The notes under the pieces were generated by a model. The model was not told where the DNA came from. It saw only the letters and a list, made by a program, of their open reading frames with translations, and made no database searches. DNA of 64,000 bases from Camelus ferus (lineage: Eukaryota): the NCBI RefSeq assembly GCF_009834535.1, contig NC_045696.1, positions 87,546,001 through 87,610,000 on the forward strand, given 5' to 3'. This document shows, piece after piece, positions 51,652-64,000 of the stretch (positions are counted from its first letter, which is position 1; every line of letters starts with the position of its first letter). The position numbers and the translations under genes are program-made.

Positions 51652-51809
51652 GGGAGAGTGTACAGCTCATTGGTAGAGTATGTGTAGGCTTGAGGTCCTG
51701 GGTTCAATCCCCAGCACCTCTGATAATTAGACAGATAGATAGATAGATAAAATTTAAAAATAATAAGTAAATAAACCTAAGTACTCTTCTACAAAAACCC
51801 CCCAAAAAA
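51652..51809 (+). mobile_element. tRNA-Ala-derived SINE (Vic-1-like) with internal (GATA)n
   Basis: CAGCTCATTGGTAGAG...GAGGTCCTGGGTTCAATCCCCAG...AAATAAACCTAAGTAC; degenerate TSD CAGAGGGAAAAGG / CAGAAGGAAAGGG. Confidence 0.88.
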
Positions 51810-52180
51810 CAGAAGGAAAGGGTATAAATTACCAAAGTACCACTGATAAAATGTTTCCCCTCAATCACAAGTTCACCTAATACCTGGTCTATTATCCTGT
51901 GAGCATTATTTGTCCCAACTCCAAATTTTTGCTTCAGTGGAATGAGTATAACATTTCAAAAATAAGAAGAGCTGATTAAAACAGTAATGATCTCTTCCTT
52001 CTGTCTTGATACCCCTTTCACTTTCCCTGGCAGGAGGAGAGGCTGTATCTAAGCTTAGCTTCCTCTGTCAGGAAGGAATGAATACCATGATCTCCAGGTA
52101 TGGGCATCAGACATACCCAGACAAAGGCTACAATTATCCAGTCAGCACCAAGAAAGTTTTCAGTCCATCCCCTCACGGTG

Positions 52181-52183
<3 letters not shown>

Positions 52184-52226
<43 letters not shown>
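52184..52226. repeat. (AC)21 microsatellite
   Basis: Read directly. Confidence 0.95.
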
Positions 52227-52227
<1 letters not shown>

Positions 52228-52668
52228 GTTTGCTCTCATGTTTCATGCCTAATTCTTCAGTGGCCTTAAATCCTCCCTTCTCCCCTGTCTACTCCTGAGG
52301 AAATCACTGTTGCAGGTGGATGTAACCACCAATTCCAGCCTTTCTCTGCTGTGTCAAACCCAGCCAACAGGTGACGGCCATTTCACCTTACTTGGAAATA
52401 AAGAATCACAATTACATTACATATTCATCTAACCTGCAAATAAATACCCAAGGGTTATTTTGAATGTCAGTTTTCTAGCTGTGCACAAACTATAAACTAA
52501 CAGTAGGAAACAGCTGGGGTCATAGTAGATGGGAAACAGTACAATGACCCATCATTTGAGTGCTCGCTCTATATGTCTTGACTGCATTTTTGATACTAAT
52601 CTCTGTAAGGATGGGGCACTGTGAGTTTACTGAAACTTTCACAATCTGGGAAACATTTCTGAGATTAC

Positions 52669-52690
52669 GTGTGTGTGTGTGTGTGTGTGT
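52669..52690. repeat. (GT)11 microsatellite
   Basis: Read directly; followed by degenerate alternating purine-pyrimidine sequence. Confidence 0.9.
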
Positions 52691-53726
52691 ACGTACATGA
52701 ACTTGTGTATATACACACATGCACGTATACATATCTATACTTCTGTAACATTTCAGTCATTGCATAGATCTCCTTGTTTGAGTGAGAAGTATTTGATATA
52801 GTTACATTTAAAAAAATCAAACGTATAAGGAGAGAAATAAACTCATTAAGCCTGAAAGGAAGGAGCTAGTCCAATGAAAAGTTTTAAAACAAACTTTTAC
52901 CTACCAAGCAATGAACAGACATGAAACCTTAGCAAATTATCACATTAATTTCTCCATCATGGGGAAAATGTCTGTGAAATGGGGATTATTATCAACATTG
53001 TCATTTAAAAAGTAAGAAAACTGGGGAGAGAAACTATCATTCAGTAAGAAGCAGAGCAGTGGAGCCCAGGGTCTGTACACATGGATCCTGCACTCAGGGT
53101 GTCATTGGCTTTTTTAACCATATGGTTGTCATTTAAATTTTTACGTGTCATGAGCACAGAATGACTACACCTTTACTGTAACTTAATAAAAACAGCATTT
53201 TCTTGGCTCATTTCATATATACTATATTGAACCATGTGAGGAAACAAAAGTGATACTAATTTGTAAATACACTGTAAATATTAGTTGTCTAAGGATGAAT
53301 CTTTTTTATAGTACATTATTTTAGAGCATTGCAAGCTATCTTATTAAATATGCCGATACATATGATACAAAGCAAAACTATGTTCCAGGAAGGGGTTAAC
53401 TGAGATCATACCTGGCTCATTCCACATGATTTTTCGTTAGTAAAACGTACATCCATTGCAAGTATGTTTATTTGTAGGCTATATGCAGCATAGAAAACAT
53501 AAATTTCATAAAATAAACTGATGATATCAAGGTTATTCAAAAATTATTTAAATGAAATTGAAGACATGAAAGAAATGAATCTTCTCAGAACTTTGATTAA
53601 TGTTTATTACAAAACGTGTTTTATAATGAATAATGTTTTATTATAAAGTAAGAAAGCCTCTATTTTTTTTCAGAGTCAAGGCAACATGGGAAATACAATG
53701 GAAAAGAAACATTTCACTGTTTAGAT

Positions 53727-54039
53727 TGGGATCAGCAATCTATGGCCCACTGCCTGTTTTAATACATTTATGGGTGAGGAATAGCTTTGAAATTTTTAAA
53801 TGGTTGAACTAATCAACAGAAGAAAATATTTCATGACATACGAATATTTCATGAGATTCAAATTCTCATGTCTATAAAGAAGCACTTTCTTGAGTACAGT
53901 CACACCCATTCATTTTGCATTGCCTAGCCTGCTCTCATGCTGCAAAGGCAGAGCTGAGTAGTTGTGACAGATGATATGGTCTACAGAGCTGAAAATATTT
54001 ACTATCTGACCCTTTACAGAAAAATCTTTCTAAACTCTG
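53727..54039 (+). mobile_element. MER58B-like hAT-Charlie MITE
   Basis: GGGATCAGCAATCTATGGCCC...GGCAGAGCTGAGTAGTTGTGACAGA...AAAATATTTACTATCTGACCCTTTACAGAAAAA; 8-bp TSD GTTTAGAT/ATATAGAT. Confidence 0.85.
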
Positions 54040-57000
54040 ATATAGATAATTGAACTAAAGAAATAATTTCCCCCAACAACAACATATATATATAAAATAC
54101 ATATATATATATATATAACTATGTATTGTAATTTTTGTAGTCTCTCTCTTAAGAGCCTCACCCCCCACCATCTGTTTCCATCTCTGTCTCTCTGTTTCAT
54201 TTTTTTCATAACCTATTATGAATCACTAATGATTTTAGGGAAAAATTTAATTCTCAAGCCAGAACATCAAATCTCCCAAATCTAACAAGAATGAAACTTA
54301 CTAGTTGTAGCTTCTATGTCATTAACCACCAGCTCCTGACAAGTTGCTCTGCCACTCATCGTCCTTATAAATCTAGCGGGTTTCCCCTTCTGTTCTGGCT
54401 CCTGCAAAGCCCACCCTTTGCCCTCCATCCCAACTCAAAATCTTTCCTTTCTATTGAATCATTGTATTTCACTCTCAGCCAGAATGTCTCCCCCCCCCCC
54501 TTTTTTTTTTTAGCACTTTTTGTACATGACAGTCTGCCATGTATCATGCTTGTCTCAATTTTTTTTCATTAAGGACTCAAAACGTTCATTAGTCTTTTGG
54601 AATATTTCATTACTTTTAAAATATATACTCCTAATCCCCATATTACTGCATCACTCTTCTATAATTAGGGGCCACTTCTTTTATAACTTGGGTTCTTTAC
54701 TCCTCACAGTGTTTTTCAAGTTGTGTTTGATTTCTCATCACTGTATCTAGATTATTTGGAAACAAAACCAGTGATATAGAAAACAATGCTTTTTTAAAAA
54801 ACATTGAGGAATATATGAATCATACCTATGTCTCAAAGCATGTAAATTCTTTGTTTTAAATTTATGAAAGATCCACGAGAAACAGGAAGTGAGAAGTGGG
54901 GAGGGAAAAAAAGAAGGGGAGAGTGAGAAAGAAAGAATGGCATTTGAAAGAAATGCCAGCACATACCAACAAAGCCCCTGGTCTGACATCTGCTTTCCAG
55001 CCCCTGTCTCCAGATTTGTTCTGAATGAAATGGTAGCATCAGTGCTGTGACCATCTGTACCAATTAACTGAACACTAATGTTCTTGCTGCAGCTGATGGT
55101 TGAGACCTCTGCAGCATGATAAAGTGCCTGGAAAATCTACTTGCCATTTAATGGAAAGGGGTAGGAAATACTGATCAAGATTATAACACAAGAGCTCATT
55201 CAATTCAAAGCAATAGAGAGACATTAAGACAACAAATATTTTCAACTAAAGAATAAAGGGGATGGTGGTGCATCAGATATGCATAATTATGAACAGTTGT
55301 TACCTTCTTAATTGGCTGACTGGGAAAAGCTCTTTATCTGTAGGCATCTGACTGCCAGGGTCAGAAATGTACACTGTGTACAATGATGTCTGATGAACAG
55401 TTTTCATACCCATAGCTCTTGCTACATATAAAAGCACTCACCTTTAACATTTCCATAATAAAAGCAAACCAGCCGTAATTTATATTATGATGAGAAATGG
55501 AAAAGGAACATGTTAGTAGTAAAAGAAGAAGATAACTTTTTCCTTAAAACCTGTGACAAATTCAAAACAGCTAATTAAGGCACAAAAAAGGTCATCTTAT
55601 GTTATTTCCTGAAGCCAAAAGTTTTTTTAATTTATATCTAATTTAGTTCATATGAAGATGTGGACTTAATTTTGGTGCCAATGGATTGGAAGTTATGTGT
55701 ATTTGTACAAAAATATTTTATTTAACTCTATGCAGGGCTGTCAGAATATTACGTAAGTTGATGAAAATTTACTTTGGCATCACTGAAGCAACAACAGCCA
55801 ATGGAGCAACTGCCTTTGGAAATTAGACCGAGGCCAGTGATCCAGGGAGAGCACTGGTATTTTCATGGTCCTGTAGAACTTGTCCTCATTTTCTCTGAAA
55901 TTATCTGGATACGCCTAGTCAATTTCACACGGTCCACTGTGCAGCATCTAGTTGCCTGTATCAGCCATCCTACATTATTTTTTAATAGCAATTTACTGTA
56001 ATAGATAAAGTAGATTTTATCCATCAGATATTTATCATACAGTAGGGAAAAAATGCAACTTTCAGAGTAGGATGAAGAAAGCATTTCTTCCAATACACTG
56101 CTACATTGGGAAAAAAAAACTAGGTTAAGATTTAGCTTACTTCTCTGATAATACACTGTAGCAAAATCAGCAGGGAATTTATGTCTGTCAGGGTGTAGCT
56201 ATAGTGACAGATACAGATACTGCAATCTGGTTCCTTTCTAATTGTTCTGTCATTCAAAACATATTTATGTGAAGATTAAGGAAGAAAAAAAGATCATACT
56301 TAAGTACGAGTGGGGCTGAGATCTAAAGTGAAAAGCAACCTTATCCCCCATTGACTTTCCTACATTCTTTCTTTTGTGTCTGTGAATTTCAATATTGTGT
56401 TAAGTACAACTATGTTGTGCTATAATAGAGTCTTTCAAAATAGCACAGACTAGAACATGAGTTGGGCCTTCATGCTTTATGATGCCATTTCCCCAGGCAG
56501 CCCAGCTTACTGCATCTCATCTGGCCCCAGCTTTAGCATTAGAAGGGACTATCAAGAGTTCCGTCACTGCCTGAGAGGTGAAATACATCCCTGAAGGCTC
56601 CATCAAGGCAGGAATGGAAATATAAAAACATCACCAGAGAATTAAGAACCCATTCCACATTTGCTTCTTAGGTTTAAGAGTAAATGTCTAAGAGTCTGTT
56701 CAGATAGTAAGTTTCAACAAAACATTGTCATGCAAGTGGCTTTATATATAATCTGAAAAGTCATAGTATTTTTCCTCATTTTAATTTGCAAAGCAAAAAC
56801 CATGGATATACAAGTATAAAACCAAAAGAATAGCCAAACTACAGCTAAATTATTAGAATAAATTTTTCATTATTTGATATCCTACTAAATACTCTTAAAT
56901 AGCATGTGTACAAAGCCCAATGTGACAGCTGTAAAATAACACAGGAAACTGATCTGCTGCATCAATCTCTTAAACCCATTAAAATTAGTATGTGTTTTTC

Positions 57001-57341
57001 AATTTCAGCAGGATTTCAAAGGTTCAAAATTAGAACAAGAAATATTTTCTTCCATACCATAACATCTGTGAGGGTAAAAGCATTTTTGTATTTGCCACTG
57101 GTAAAGATGAGTAGCCAATCGTTCATGGTATAAACGCTCAAAAAATATTTTCAAATAAAAAAATGGTAATTATTTTCAGAAATAAAAATGACATAAAAAG
57201 ATGGCATTTTTAGAATTGTTGTTGCTTGCCAAGCTATTATTTTTTGCACTTTATTAAGTAAATCTTGGCAATTCCTTTTAGATGATTTTACTGTTGGCCA
57301 TATTTTATAGTATCATAATTCTCCTTCAATTGGTAATCTAT

Positions 57342-57785
57342 TGTTATGGGTTGAGTTATGTCCCTTCCAAATCCTTATGTTGCTGTTTTAACCCCCTGCA
57401 CCTCAGCATGTGACCTCATTTGGAGACGGGGTCTTCACAGATGCAATCACGTTAAAATGTCATTGTAGTGGGTTTTAATCTAACATGGCTAGTGTTCTTA
57501 TAAAAATGATGGACAGGCCCAAAGGGAGAATGCCATGTGAAAATGAAGGCAGAGATCAGAGTGATGTTTCTACAAGCCAAGGAACAATCGAGGATTGCCA
57601 GGTAACCACCAGAAGCCAGGGAAGATGCAAGAAACAAATTCTCCTTCTCAGCCCTCAGAAGGAATCAATTCTGCAGACACTTTGTTCTTGGATTTTTAGC
57701 ATCAGGAACTGAGACAACAGATTTCTGTTGCCTGAGCTACCCGATCTGTGGTACTTTGTTACAGCAGCCCTAGGAAACTAATACA
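57342..57785 (+). mobile_element. MaLR solo LTR (MLT1B/C-like)
   Basis: TGTTATGGGTTGAG...TGTGACCTCATTTGGAGA...TGTGGTACTTTGTTACAGCAGCCCTAGGAAACTAATACA; TSD TCTAT/TCTGT. Confidence 0.9.
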
Positions 57786-58517
57786 TCTGTATAAGATTTG
57801 TTCGGTGGTTCTTAGGAAACACAATAATTATTCATAGCATGCCATGAATATTACACTATTTTATTTGAGAAAATATATTTTATCTAAAAAGTTATCTTTT
57901 CAAAATAGTCTATATATTGAATTTTTCCATACTTAATGTTTTTTCAAGCCTAGAAAGTTTTCCAATTATTGTTTGATCCTTTTAATGAATAATATTTTGC
58001 AGTTTTCAATGAATACAAGCTTATACAACAAATTTACATGCATAAGAGAAGACATGTTTTAAGGACACTTGAAATTATCTAGTTTTAGAAGTCCCACTTG
58101 GGCATGTATTTAATTTTTTTGTCACCATAGGCTCAGTTAGCAAAATATGCAGAAAGAATATTTTGTAAACTGACAAACAATAATATAAACATCAAATAAA
58201 CGTAAGACAAAATAAATATTAAAATAAATATAAAAATAACTATGTCTTACATTTATAAAGATTTTGTGATTAAAAAAATTTTATAAATACTTAAACCCTC
58301 ACAACTCCTCTATGAGGCAGTATCTTAGGACGCATTTTTGCAAATTTAACCACATGTCAAATTGACCAAGACCTGGAAAAACTGGATATTTGACAGCTGT
58401 ATGGGGCAGAGTTTTGAAAGAAGGAGGGTAAAATGTAACACATGGTCCTGTTTTTGTGGTGATTATTATATACTGCTATTGTGTGTACAAACTATATGAA
58501 AATAATCACCCTAGTAC

Positions 58518-59086
58518 TGAAATGGAGCAGAACCCTGTAGGGTCCTCCCTGGTACAAAATCTTTCTGTTCCCTGTTTCTCTTTTGTAGGAAATAGGCTTC
58601 ATTCAGCCTCCTTGACCTTAACCTGAGTTCCAAAGGGCAGATTCAAACAGTTGCTAATCAGGGAAGGGAGGGGATGCAGAGACAAGGGAGGAACAGTCAA
58701 GAAATAATACAGCAGCCTTAGGGCAGTGTCCTTGTTCCTCCTCAAATAATATACATAATAATAGCTTTGAATTCTTCTGCAGGAACTTAAAGCACCCACC
58801 CAGGTGGAGGACAGCAACTTCAGGTTGCTCACAAGATTGCTGGAAGACCATCCTGTTTCCTCACTGCCAATCAATCAGAAGAAAATCACACACTCTAAGG
58901 CCCCCACCACAAATTTTGCCTATAAAAACTCAACCACCACCCCCGCCAACACCATCAAAGAGTTCAGGTTTTTCGAGCACAAGCTGCCATTCTCCTGGCT
59001 TGGCCCTGCAATAAACCTTTCTCTGCTCTAAACTCAGATGTTTTGGTTTGTTTGCCGTCAAGAATACAACATCTTGCTCACTAACA
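58518..59086 (+). mobile_element. ERV1-class solo LTR (cetartiodactyl type)
   Basis: TG...CA ends, perfect 4-bp TSD GTAC (58514-58517 / 59087-59090), CCAAT near 58867, TATAAAA at 58921, AATAAA at 59010-59015. Confidence 0.88.
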
Positions 59087-62000
59087 GTACTTTAAATCAG
59101 ACCCCACCCTAAAATCTTTTAATGGGACGTGGCAAAGATATCTGCCTTTAATTCTAGCTTTCTTTAAATTTTAAACTCTTCAAATTAACTACAATTAGAA
59201 AACGTTTGCTTGCTTTGCTCAAAGGTCTCGCAAGCTCAGCACAATCTTTTCAGAATACAAACTCTTAGCTTTCTGCCTTCCTTTCTCCCTGCTATGCAAT
59301 GCTTCAGTAACGTTGTTTAACCTTTTAAAATGCCTCTTTTTTAACTAGTCATCTTTTTGTGTGTACTAGCTATCTTACCCATGCTCAGTCAAACTTGCTT
59401 ACAAAGCTGTAGCTATAATTACCCTTGACTTAAATGTCAAATCCAGAGCATGCCACTTAACCTTGAGTTAGAATATGTTTAAAATGAATGTTTTTATTTA
59501 CATCCATTTATAAGCCAATTGTCCATATATGAAGTCGAAGTAAATGATTAAATTGCAGGTTTTCTGAAATTTTATTTTTAAATAGTTTATTATTTTTGCA
59601 ATTACTCTTCCTTTGTCATTAACAACTTTGGGAAATATATGGGAATCCAATCCAATTAATCTATCACAATTAATAAGTATACACTATTCAAAAACATTTC
59701 CCTAAATATTAATTTCCACTTGTTTTTCAAAGGTTTAAAGCTATTGGTCACACTTGCCTTTTAAGTATTACTAACATTTAAATGCAAAGCTGCATGTAAA
59801 CAATAGGAACATGATGATTTTGGTAGTGTTTTGTTTAATATAAACTCTCTCTAATAATGAAAATCTGTATATTCTTTTGCTTCAGTTGAAATGAAAAGGT
59901 AATTCACCAAGACAGATCTGAGTTGGAGCAGGCTATTTCTGATGAGCTCCTACAACAGTTGAATGTACGGATGAAAGTGGAAAACTCTAGAAATGCCCAG
60001 ATATAGTCATCCATAAAAAAAGTAATTTTTCTCCTCAAACAAAAATAAGTAAATTACCTACGCAGAAGTTCATGCTCAGTCACTAATGCTAATGAAGCTG
60101 ACTAGCCATCCAAATAGCTATTCTAATGATAAAGCAGCTTCTGTGGGCAACCTTGTAGCATCATTAGTATTTAAATGGCTGCTAAATACCCATATTTGCT
60201 TTATGGTGAACATTAAGATAAGAAAAAGTTCTGCTTATCTCAGGGGCTGTCTCCGTGCTGCCCCACGAAGCATTAGTGATTCTAATAATGATGGACTGGT
60301 TATCTCATCACCATGTCTGCATAACCTTTTAGATTACTGTGGGATTATCATGTTTTTGTTTTCATTTTACTTATACCATGTCACAGAAACACATAATCAT
60401 CTTGGAACTCCCTTCGTTCTCTTTTCCTTTTTGCTTCTTTTCTTTTTTTCCTTTCTGACAACATTAATGCCTCCTATGTACAAGAAACATATTTTATACT
60501 TAATATTAGTGAATATATGAATAAAAATATTAGAGGACAGAATGTAACAGAGTCATAGGAGAAAAAAGAATAATAGAAACATAATTGAAAAAAAAAATCT
60601 TGGTTTATGCACCACAAGGTAGAATTTTTTTTTTCCAGTATTGGAAGATGTATTCACATTTCTAAACTTTCCAACTGCAAACTCCTAGCACTGTCCTGAA
60701 TAGATAATTTTTTTGCAGTTTTGGTGATTATCATAACTTTATCAAAGTAAATGAAGACATTCTCTACTAAAGAATAAAGTTTAATTGGCAGTCCTTTGTT
60801 CAGGGAATATTCCCAATCCACTATAAACAGAATTTCCTGCCTTCAAAATGTAACACTGTTCTGATTTTTAGCAAGTTAGTTTCTCTCACATTAATGATAA
60901 TGAATTTGAGATCAGTTTTGTACCTGGAAAATAAATAAAAAACATAAATGCATTTCAGTAGGAAACCTGCAAGGATATTCTGTGGCATATAAAAGGTATC
61001 TAAAGATACTGTCTAAAGATCAAAATATGTCAGCTGTTAATTTGTTGTACTGTGTAAGGTAGACATTGATAGTCTTTTGTTGTTCTTGTTAATAATGTTG
61101 CTAATTACCTTTGCTTTCTTTGAACACTACGAAACCAGTACACAGTATATACTTTATAAATCATAAGTGTTCTTTCAAAGATCAGATGAACACAAACCAA
61201 CTCGGTAGAAAAACAATGACCATTAATATGGGCAAAAATTTTGGGCTCAAAGTTGCCACTTCTGAATTACTTTCGTATATGCCTTTCTTGGCACTAAGAG
61301 GGCATATCTGTTTAGTAACTTTTGCATCCTTAATAAAAAACCTAACTTAGAGTCTGTGCTCAATAAATTTATCTTTTCAATTAAATTGCATGAAATTGGA
61401 TAGTATGCAATAACACGTTTGAATGAATAAAGGAATTCTGAATCAGTTAAAAAGTCACATATTGATTCATCTTCACTTTATTTAGTGCCTTTAATGTCAC
61501 TTCAGTTAGCTTCAAAAATAAAGATTATAATTGAATTTAGTTATATCAGCATTAATGAAAAAAATCTATTAAATTGAATTGTATTTAAAATGCACTAAAA
61601 TTTTGCTATAAAAATGTTTTGTGTTGCTGTTTGATAGAAAACAGGTTTTAATTTGAATAATGAACTTCTACTTTGTCTTGTCAGTTTACACTTCCTATGA
61701 TAGATTTTTAAGTGTGTCAGTTATAAATAACATGAAATACAGACATATAAATTGAAATTTTTATAAATTTAGATATTAATATTTAAGATAGAGGTCTTGA
61801 TGATTATTTTTTAATTTTGACTTTCAGAAACATGAAAACTTTTAAATGAATGATAAAGTAAAGTGGGAAGGCCTGGTTCATTAGGAAGTACCCGGGGAAT
61901 ATACAGGTGGCATTAATTCATTTCAGGTTTAGTCCGCTGCCTGGAATAGCATTAGAACCAGACACACACAGATCTACCAGGAAGAAGGCAGGGGGAGGCA

Positions 62001-62868
62001 TGGATATCATCAGCCTTTGCAGTTATTAAAAGATGATCACCAGAAATTTACAAAGCTGGATTTTGAAATACCATATCTTCATTAGCGTTTTAAACAGAAA
62101 TCTCCAATTTCCCCAGAGCCACCGCATTAAGCAGGATTACTTCCAGAGAGAAAGCAGGCAGCAGGCTGCACAGCTGTGCTTTCCTGTAGTCGGGGAAGGA
62201 CAGGAAGTATGAGGTGTGCTCTGAAAGTTGCTGGCTAAACTAAAATTCAGCTCAACTCTGAAAAAATATTTTTTTACGGATTGCATCTTACTCGCTTAAT
62301 TGAGTTCCTTCTTTTTTCCAGATAAGCAGCAGAGCTCCTTTCTCTATATTTTCCATCAGTGAGTTTCAGAACTTCCAAGTTCCTATTATATTGCTTATTA
62401 AACATCTGTCAAATGAAAAGCTTGCTCAGGCCTGTTAATTGGTATGGTTTCCCATTTCCTGTCATTCTGACTTGGCCAGAAACGCAGCAAAATAAAGATC
62501 TGCTAATTAGTTGTGTGGGTCTGTTACAAGTGATTTCACAGTGCAAATGGGCAGAAAAAACATTGAAAATGCTTTACATTTCTTTTTTTCTTTTTAAAAA
62601 AAATCTTAGTTTTAAAACCTATGCTTAATATACACTAGTGGAAAAAGTATTATACAATAATTTTATGAAGTTTTGCCAGAATTGATGAGTGCAATTCAAT
62701 ATGTATAGAATAATATTGAGGAGAATTCATATGATCTAGAAAAGATAGTAATTTCAACAGAATTATGCAGAGAGATAAACTTTTAAAAAAACATAGCAAT
62801 GATGTAAGGTGACTTTAAAAGCAATTCATTATGTGAAAAGTAAGAAAAGTAAAAGTAAGACCTCCACA

Positions 62869-62934
<66 letters not shown>

Positions 62935-62941
62935 TAATAAT
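62869..62941. repeat. (AAT)20 A (AAT)4 microsatellite
   Basis: Read directly. Confidence 0.95.
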
Positions 62942-63294
62942 AGTAAGGATGATACAATTTTAATAATGCATCTAGTCCCCAGCATTTTTATGCAAAGATA
63001 TAGTGAAATTGATGCTAATACAACAGAATGGAATATGGCCCATAGATCTCTTGATTTGATTCCCTCTGGCCTGTGTTTATGGCTTCTCTGGAACAGAGGT
63101 TCCCAAAATTCTAGTCTCTGGCATCTGGGGAGACCATCACTGTGGGCGCCAATGTGTTGGAGAATCTACTTTGTTCATAAATAATTTCCTTTTATTTGAC
63201 ATAGAGGTGTCTTTTGCATTTTCCTCCTAGACTGAAAAACGCATGCCATCTGTCATGCTTTTGCTGTAACTGGAACCTAGAAAGAAAAACGCAA

Positions 63295-63660
63295 CATGAA
63301 CAACTATTGGGCACCTAATGTATGGGAGACACTGCCCCCTGGATATCATCATTTAATATTTTATTGTGTTTATCCATTACATTTTCCTTATGTGGAAACT
63401 GAAACTCAGAGAGAATGAGTAATTGAGGTCACACATTATAGAAGTGATATTTGAATCTATATCTGCCTAACTCCAATGATGGGAGCTTTTTTTTTGGAGA
63501 CTCTACTATATATTAAGTGGTGTTTGAAGAACTTTACATACATAAATACAGTAAACCCATACAAAAAATCTAATGAGTTAGGAAATATTAGTGTTTGCGT
63601 TTTACTGATGAGGACACTGAGGCAAATGAAGGGGGTAACTTGCACACCACGTCAGAGACC
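63295..63660 (-). mobile_element. Two adjacent MIR fragments
   Basis: TATTGGGCACCTAATGTATG...GGAAACTGAAACTCAGAGAGAATGAGTAA; TTTTACTGATGAGGACACTGAGGCA. Confidence 0.7.
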
Positions 63661-64000
63661 TAGAGGGAGAGTGGGCCCCCTTATCTCATAACATCCTACC
63701 CTATCAAGACTCAGATGATAGAAGGAGTGACTACATTTTCCCAGATGCTAGTGAAGAATCAGTGGGCATCCTGGGGAAGTGAGAACCTCCTTATGAAGAG
63801 CTGTGGCTGAAGGAAGGCAAGCCCAGCCACCAGCCTCTCACTCACTCTGAGCAAGAAGAGCAGATGTGATCAGTTTAAAGGTTCTATCTGGTCCAAATGT
63901 GCAACTTCTCCCCTTCCTGTCATTCATTCAGGAGACGATAGAGCCAAGATATGAAAGAATCAGCTCTGAGCCTCCTTGTTCTCCAGCCATTCATTTTTAA

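Noticed and set aside
55441..55550. Minus-strand exon-like unit with donor AAG|GTGAGT
   Set aside because: Weak acceptor, U-rich intron-like content and stops in all frames; not enough support.
60086..60520. 144-aa ORF (also the 151-aa ORF at 18680 and the 120-aa ORF at 48782)
   Set aside because: No recognisable domain or convincing splice context; composition typical of AT-rich non-coding DNA.

Overview
AT-rich mammalian genomic DNA, most likely camelid (camel/alpaca/llama), judged from five copies of a tRNA-Ala-derived SINE resembling Vic-1. I can support no intact protein-coding gene, RNA gene or prokaryote-type system. The ORF track is either decayed LINE-1 sequence or chance ORFs. The window is a fossil bed of L1, L2, MIR, MaLR/ERVL/ERV1 LTRs, Tigger/hAT MITEs and microsatellites, separated by repeat-poor unique blocks. 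Best leads: (1) a TSD-flanked 3.1 kb L1 that keeps its 5'UTR, ORF1 and 3' end but lacks nearly all of ORF2 (HAL1-like or internally deleted). (2) A strong + strand bias of LTRs and long L1s, which implies an intron of a minus-strand transcript. Candidate minus-strand exons fit this (donor at 29628, an 81-nt exon at 18539-18619, a 65-nt exon at 7147-7211), and the first two would splice into a 37-aa ORF. (3) Several informative retrotransposition junctions: a twin-priming inversion, a microhomology truncation and an internally primed SINE. Repeat family names come from my recall of consensus sequences, not from a database search.
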